DNA from: a virus
Lineage: Duplodnaviria > Caudoviricetes
Length of the DNA stretch: 29,842 nt
IMG/VR virus record: IMGVR_UViG_3300030433_000547
Span: 1-29,842 of that record
Direction: 5' to 3' (one strand)
Position 1 is the stretch's first letter. The number at the start of each line of letters is the position of its first letter. Below, one piece after another: positions 26,437 to 29,842 of the stretch. Under the pieces are notes generated by a model that saw nothing but the letters and a program-made list of their open reading frames with translations, was not told the origin of the DNA and did not search any database. Made by a program: the position numbers and the translations under genes.

Positions 26437-26713
26437 CGAAGCGTTAAAAAAAGTAGATTTAATAATAAATGGGCCAAGGGCAAAAACTCATGGAGATGCC
26501 ACAGAAACTCATACATATATTGCAGAGATATGGAATATATTACTTAGGAAAAAATTAAAAGAACCCTTAGACATCCATGATGTATACAGGGCTATGATTG
26601 GAATAAAACAAATTAGAAACAGCCAAAATCCAAGAGTAGAAGACAATATGATTGATATTATTGGATATGCGGCATTAGCAATAGAGGCAAAAGATGGCAA
26701 GACTACACGTTAA
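26426..26713 (+). CDS. DUF6378-like protein
   Basis: AAGGAGGT SD before in-frame GTG 26426; I.GPR...HG, IA.IW, M...K..R, DN..DI.GYAAL. Confidence 0.75.
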   Translation: MHRSEALKKVDLIINGPRAKTHGDATETHTYIAEIWNILLRKKLKEPLDIHDVYRAMIGIKQIRNSQNPRVEDNMIDIIGYAALAIEAKDGKTTR

Positions 26714-26987
26714 ATATTATTTACATGAAGAGAACTCAGTTGGTGTTGAGAAGATGAAACAAGGCGGTCTTTACTTGCCTTTCTCATTTGCCTCTGATCC
26801 AAGAGAGTTATCAAATAAAGTTGCAGATACAATGAAAGACATCATTGATAAAAATAAGAACGAAGTTTTATCTGTATACTTCACAGCTCATTTTGAGGGA
26901 CAGAAAGTTTTAGATGGACACTTATATGTTCAAGAAACCACAGGAGATGCAGAATGGATTACCCAGTCATCGGACACAGTGCACTAG
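26694..26987 (+). CDS. Hypothetical protein
   Basis: GAGG SD; 97 aa; fits operon tiling. Confidence 0.65.
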   Translation: MARLHVKYYLHEENSVGVEKMKQGGLYLPFSFASDPRELSNKVADTMKDIIDKNKNEVLSVYFTAHFEGQKVLDGHLYVQETTGDAEWITQSSDTVH

Positions 26988-27199
26988 ACAATTTAACAAA
27001 GTTATTTGATAGGATAGGTTGGAACAAAAAAATAAATGAATTTACAGAAGAAGAAATTAAAGCAACAATACTTATCATGCAATTTTCAAAGAAGGTAGAT
27101 GAAGATGAACAATATACAAAACAAGAACTCGATAAATTACTTCTTAAATATGTCCATGGACAAGATGAAGAGTCAGAACAGCAAGACGCACTCTTTTGA
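26954..27199 (+). CDS. Hypothetical protein
   Basis: AGGAG SD; 81 aa; acidic C-terminus. Confidence 0.65.
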   Translation: MDYPVIGHSALDNLTKLFDRIGWNKKINEFTEEEIKATILIMQFSKKVDEDEQYTKQELDKLLLKYVHGQDEESEQQDALF

Positions 27200-27881
27200 A
27201 GAAGTAATTGACAGTAAGATTGTAGAGAAAAACAAACAAGAACCTAAAAGAAAATACTTGGGCAGTTCTGTATTGGGCGATAAATGTGCCAGGAAGATTC
27301 AATATATGTTTTTAGGCCAGGAGCCAGATGAGGGCAAAGAGTTTAATGCCAAGACATTTCGTATATTTCAGATGGGGCATGAGTTAGAGAACACTATGGC
27401 TGGTTGGATTAGGAACGCTGGTTTTGATCTAAGGACCATGGATGCCAATGGCGAACAATTTGGTTTTGCCATTGCTGAAGAAAAGATAAAAGGACACATT
27501 GATGGAGTTATATGTGGTGGTCCATTAGACACGCCTTATCCTATGTTATGGGAATGTAAGACAGCCAATGATAAAAAGTTTAGAGATTTTAAATTCAAAG
27601 GTATTAAGGCTAATCATACTTATGAAGTGCAAGTAGCTTTGTATCAAGCTTACATGGAGCTGACAGATAATCCGTGTTTGTTTACAGTCATTAACAAAAA
27701 CACAAGCGAAATATATTATGAGTTAGTACCTTTCAATCAAGGTTTGGCTCAGTACGCAAGTGATAGGGCAGTTGATATATTAAAAGCAGTAGAACAAGGT
27801 GTAATGTTATCAAGAATATCTCAAACAAAAGATATGTTTGATTGTAGATTTTGTCAGTTTACAGAGACGTGTTGGAGTTAG
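27099..27881 (+). CDS. Cas4/AddB-like PD-(D/E)xK exonuclease
   Basis: YLGSS.LG..C.R, GHIDG, ECKT, Q..LYQ, C-terminal CRFC-x5-C (4-Cys Fe-S staple). True start is probably further downstream. Confidence 0.85.
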   Translation: MKMNNIQNKNSINYFLNMSMDKMKSQNSKTHSFEEVIDSKIVEKNKQEPKRKYLGSSVLGDKCARKIQYMFLGQEPDEGKEFNAKTFRIFQMGHELENTMAGWIRNAGFDLRTMDANGEQFGFAIAEEKIKGHIDGVICGGPLDTPYPMLWECKTANDKKFRDFKFKGIKANHTYEVQVALYQAYMELTDNPCLFTVINKNTSEIYYELVPFNQGLAQYASDRAVDILKAVEQGVMLSRISQTKDMFDCRFCQFTETCWS

Positions 27882-27923
27882 GGTTATGACGACACAGAAG
27901 GTAGCAAAGCATCGCCATAACCT
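27881..27923. repeat. Imperfect inverted repeat upstream of primase-helicase
   Basis: GGGTTATGACGA (27881-92) pairs with TCGCCATAACCT (27912-23): 11 of 12 incl. one G-U; 19-nt loop. Confidence 0.6.
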
Positions 27924-27935
27924 AGGGAGATGGTA

Positions 27936-29842
27936 GTGAATATAGTAAAATTTGGCAATAAAAAACACTCCATGTCAGCAAGAGAACTGGTTGATTTGAT
28001 TAGTGATAGCGTGCCAGCTCATACACAAATAGAGATATTAAAACAAACATATCCAAATGGTGTTGTGCGAGGTAATTTGTTTACCATTGGTTCATTGAGT
28101 GGTGAGGCTGGCAAGTCTTTGAAAATAGATATTAATCCTCGTTCTCCGTATTTTATGAAAGGTCAAGACTTTAATGGTTCTGATGGCGTGGGCGGTATTG
28201 TCAAAATTATGATGGAGGGTAGAAACATGAAACTATCAGAGGTCAAAGAGTATTTTGCTGATTATGTATCTGATAACAGACCTGTTGAAGATATAGTATC
28301 ACCTATCATTAACACACAGATGAAAGAGCAAATAAACATCAATACACCATACGATAGTGAGCACAGATATTTAAATGCACACGGAGAGATACTATGCCTT
28401 GTTCGCAGATACAATACTGTTGACCATGAGGGTAATCCTGTATTAGACGGACATGGTAAACCAAAAAAAGAATTTAGACAGTTTACAGGTCAAAGTAATT
28501 ATCCAAGAATGCCAGACGTAAGGCCATTGTATAATATACCAAACATTGTAGCTTCAGAAAAAATTATATGGGTTGAGGGCGAGAAATGTGCAGATGCTTT
28601 GAATGAACTCGGCTACACAGCAACTTGTACTATGGGTGGTGCGGGTATGTTGTCCAGGAAGTCTGCAAACTTATTTGACTTTTCTCCATTGCAAGACAAA
28701 GAATTAATTATATGGCCAGACAATGATACCGCTGGTAAAAAAGTTGCAGAGTTAGTTCAAGACTTAGCCATGAATGCAAATGCAAAGTCTGTAACTATGC
28801 TTACACCTCCAAGAGGTAAACCAGAAAGATGGGATGTTGTTGATGCCATTGCCGAACATTTTGATATTAATCAGTTTTTAAATACAAACGTAAAGCAAGT
28901 TAAAAAGAATATAAACTTACTTGACGACTCTTTGCTCGTTAATAGGTTTATAGGCCAGGCACCAGAGCAGAAATTTTTGATTGGAGAAACACTTCCCTTG
29001 GGTGTCCCGATTATATTTTCTGCAGCTGGTGACGCTGGTAAAGGTATGATGACATTAGATTTAGCTATGAAGGTATCAAGTGGTCAGCCTATGTCCTCTG
29101 CATTTGGAGGTACTATAAATGAGTTTGGTAATGCAATTATATTTACAGCTGAAGATGACGAAGACGAAATGCACAGAAGGGTTGAACGATTAGATGAAAT
29201 GAATGATAGAAGCAGCTTTAAACACGAACTGCGAATCGTGAGTTTGCCTAATGTTGGTGGTGTATTTCCGATTATGCAAGAAACACATGAAGGTTACAGA
29301 ACCAGTGACGAATTTGATAAATTATACGAACAAATAAAGCAAATGAATGATCTAAAGCTTATTGTATTTGATCCTTTAGCTTCTTTTGTTCATGCTGATG
29401 TAAACGCTGATCCAGCGGCGGGTGCAGCTCTTACAGGATTATTAGCACAGATTGCGACAGAAACTGGTGCGTCTGTCATTATGTGTCATCACATGACTAA
29501 AGTTAAAGAAGATTTAGTGGTAAGTACGCCAGAACAAGCAAGAAACATGATTAGAGGTACGTCAGCATTAGTTGATGGTGTGCGTTGTGCTTTTGCATTA
29601 TGGCAAGTTGACGAAGCTACAGGACGTAGAAGATGTCAAGATTTAGGCATAGATTATCAAAGAAATAGATGTTTTGATGGTGCAGTTGTTAAATCAAATG
29701 GTCCAGCTAATAGATCAATCAGACACTTTATAAGAGATATGTTTAGTGGATTGCTTGTTGATAAAAGTGAAGAAATACAAAGGCTGCATACTGGCAGCAA
29801 TAGAGAGATTAAGAAGTCAGCTCTTATGACCTGGATTACAAC
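27936..29842 (+). CDS. Toprim primase / AAA_25 (RepA-like) helicase fusion, partial (missing from ORF track)
   Basis: Open frame to the window end from GTG 27936 (or ATG 27930), GGGAG SD; WVEGEKCADAL and IWPDND Toprim motifs; AAGDAGKG Walker A, TAEDD, LIVFDP Walker B, CHH..K, RGTSAL. Confidence 0.9.
   Translation, partial: MNIVKFGNKKHSMSARELVDLISDSVPAHTQIEILKQTYPNGVVRGNLFTIGSLSGEAGKSLKIDINPRSPYFMKGQDFNGSDGVGGIVKIMMEGRNMKLSEVKEYFADYVSDNRPVEDIVSPIINTQMKEQININTPYDSEHRYLNAHGEILCLVRRYNTVDHEGNPVLDGHGKPKKEFRQFTGQSNYPRMPDVRPLYNIPNIVASEKIIWVEGEKCADALNELGYTATCTMGGAGMLSRKSANLFDFSPLQDKELIIWPDNDTAGKKVAELVQDLAMNANAKSVTMLTPPRGKPERWDVVDAIAEHFDINQFLNTNVKQVKKNINLLDDSLLVNRFIGQAPEQKFLIGETLPLGVPIIFSAAGDAGKGMMTLDLAMKVSSGQPMSSAFGGTINEFGNAIIFTAEDDEDEMHRRVERLDEMNDRSSFKHELRIVSLPNVGGVFPIMQETHEGYRTSDEFDKLYEQIKQMNDLKLIVFDPLASFVHADVNADPAAGAALTGLLAQIATETGASVIMCHHMTKVKEDLVVSTPEQARNMIRGTSALVDGVRCAFALWQVDEATGRRRCQDLGIDYQRNRCFDGAVVKSNGPANRSIRHFIRDMFSGLLVDKSEEIQRLHTGSNREIKKSALMTWIT

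Noticed and set aside
518-26700. Many minus-strand and alternate-frame ORFs in the track (e.g. 5467-5817, 8339-8590, 16702-17118, 25902-26246)
   Set aside because: Fully nested in well-supported + genes, without SD or motifs; explained by codon bias. Only 22078-22275 is retained.
27099-27881. Cas4-like gene as sign of a CRISPR system
   Set aside because: No repeat-spacer array or other cas genes seen; solo Cas4-like nucleases are routine in phage replication modules.

Overview
AT-rich fragment of a tailed dsDNA phage genome, most likely a marine podovirus of Alphaproteobacteria (inferred from gene style, not from a search). Almost all genes are on the + strand and tightly coupled (TAATG/ATGA overlaps). 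Order: small K/R-rich proteins (1-1422); head-tail adaptor/neck genes with an embedded glycosyltransferase-like gene (1422-4520); tail appendage and fibre genes, including one with LamG-like and cupredoxin-like inserts, an S74-chaperone fibre and a Gly-rich tip (4535-9196); six tandem 2OG-Fe(II) oxygenases (9193-12706); an apparently split tail nozzle gene (12707-14820); four ejection proteins (15076-21661); a T4-type lysozyme; a single minus-strand RHH-like regulator with candidate promoters/operators; and a replication module (DUF1064 nuclease, Sak4-like ATPase, SSB, SF2 helicase, Cas4-like nuclease, primase-helicase running off the end). Best leads: the oxygenase array plus GT-like gene as a possible virion-modification system, an intergenic hairpin plus H-type pseudoknot before the helicase, a type-1 copper motif in a tail protein, and the split nozzle. 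All family assignments are from motif recognition by eye.
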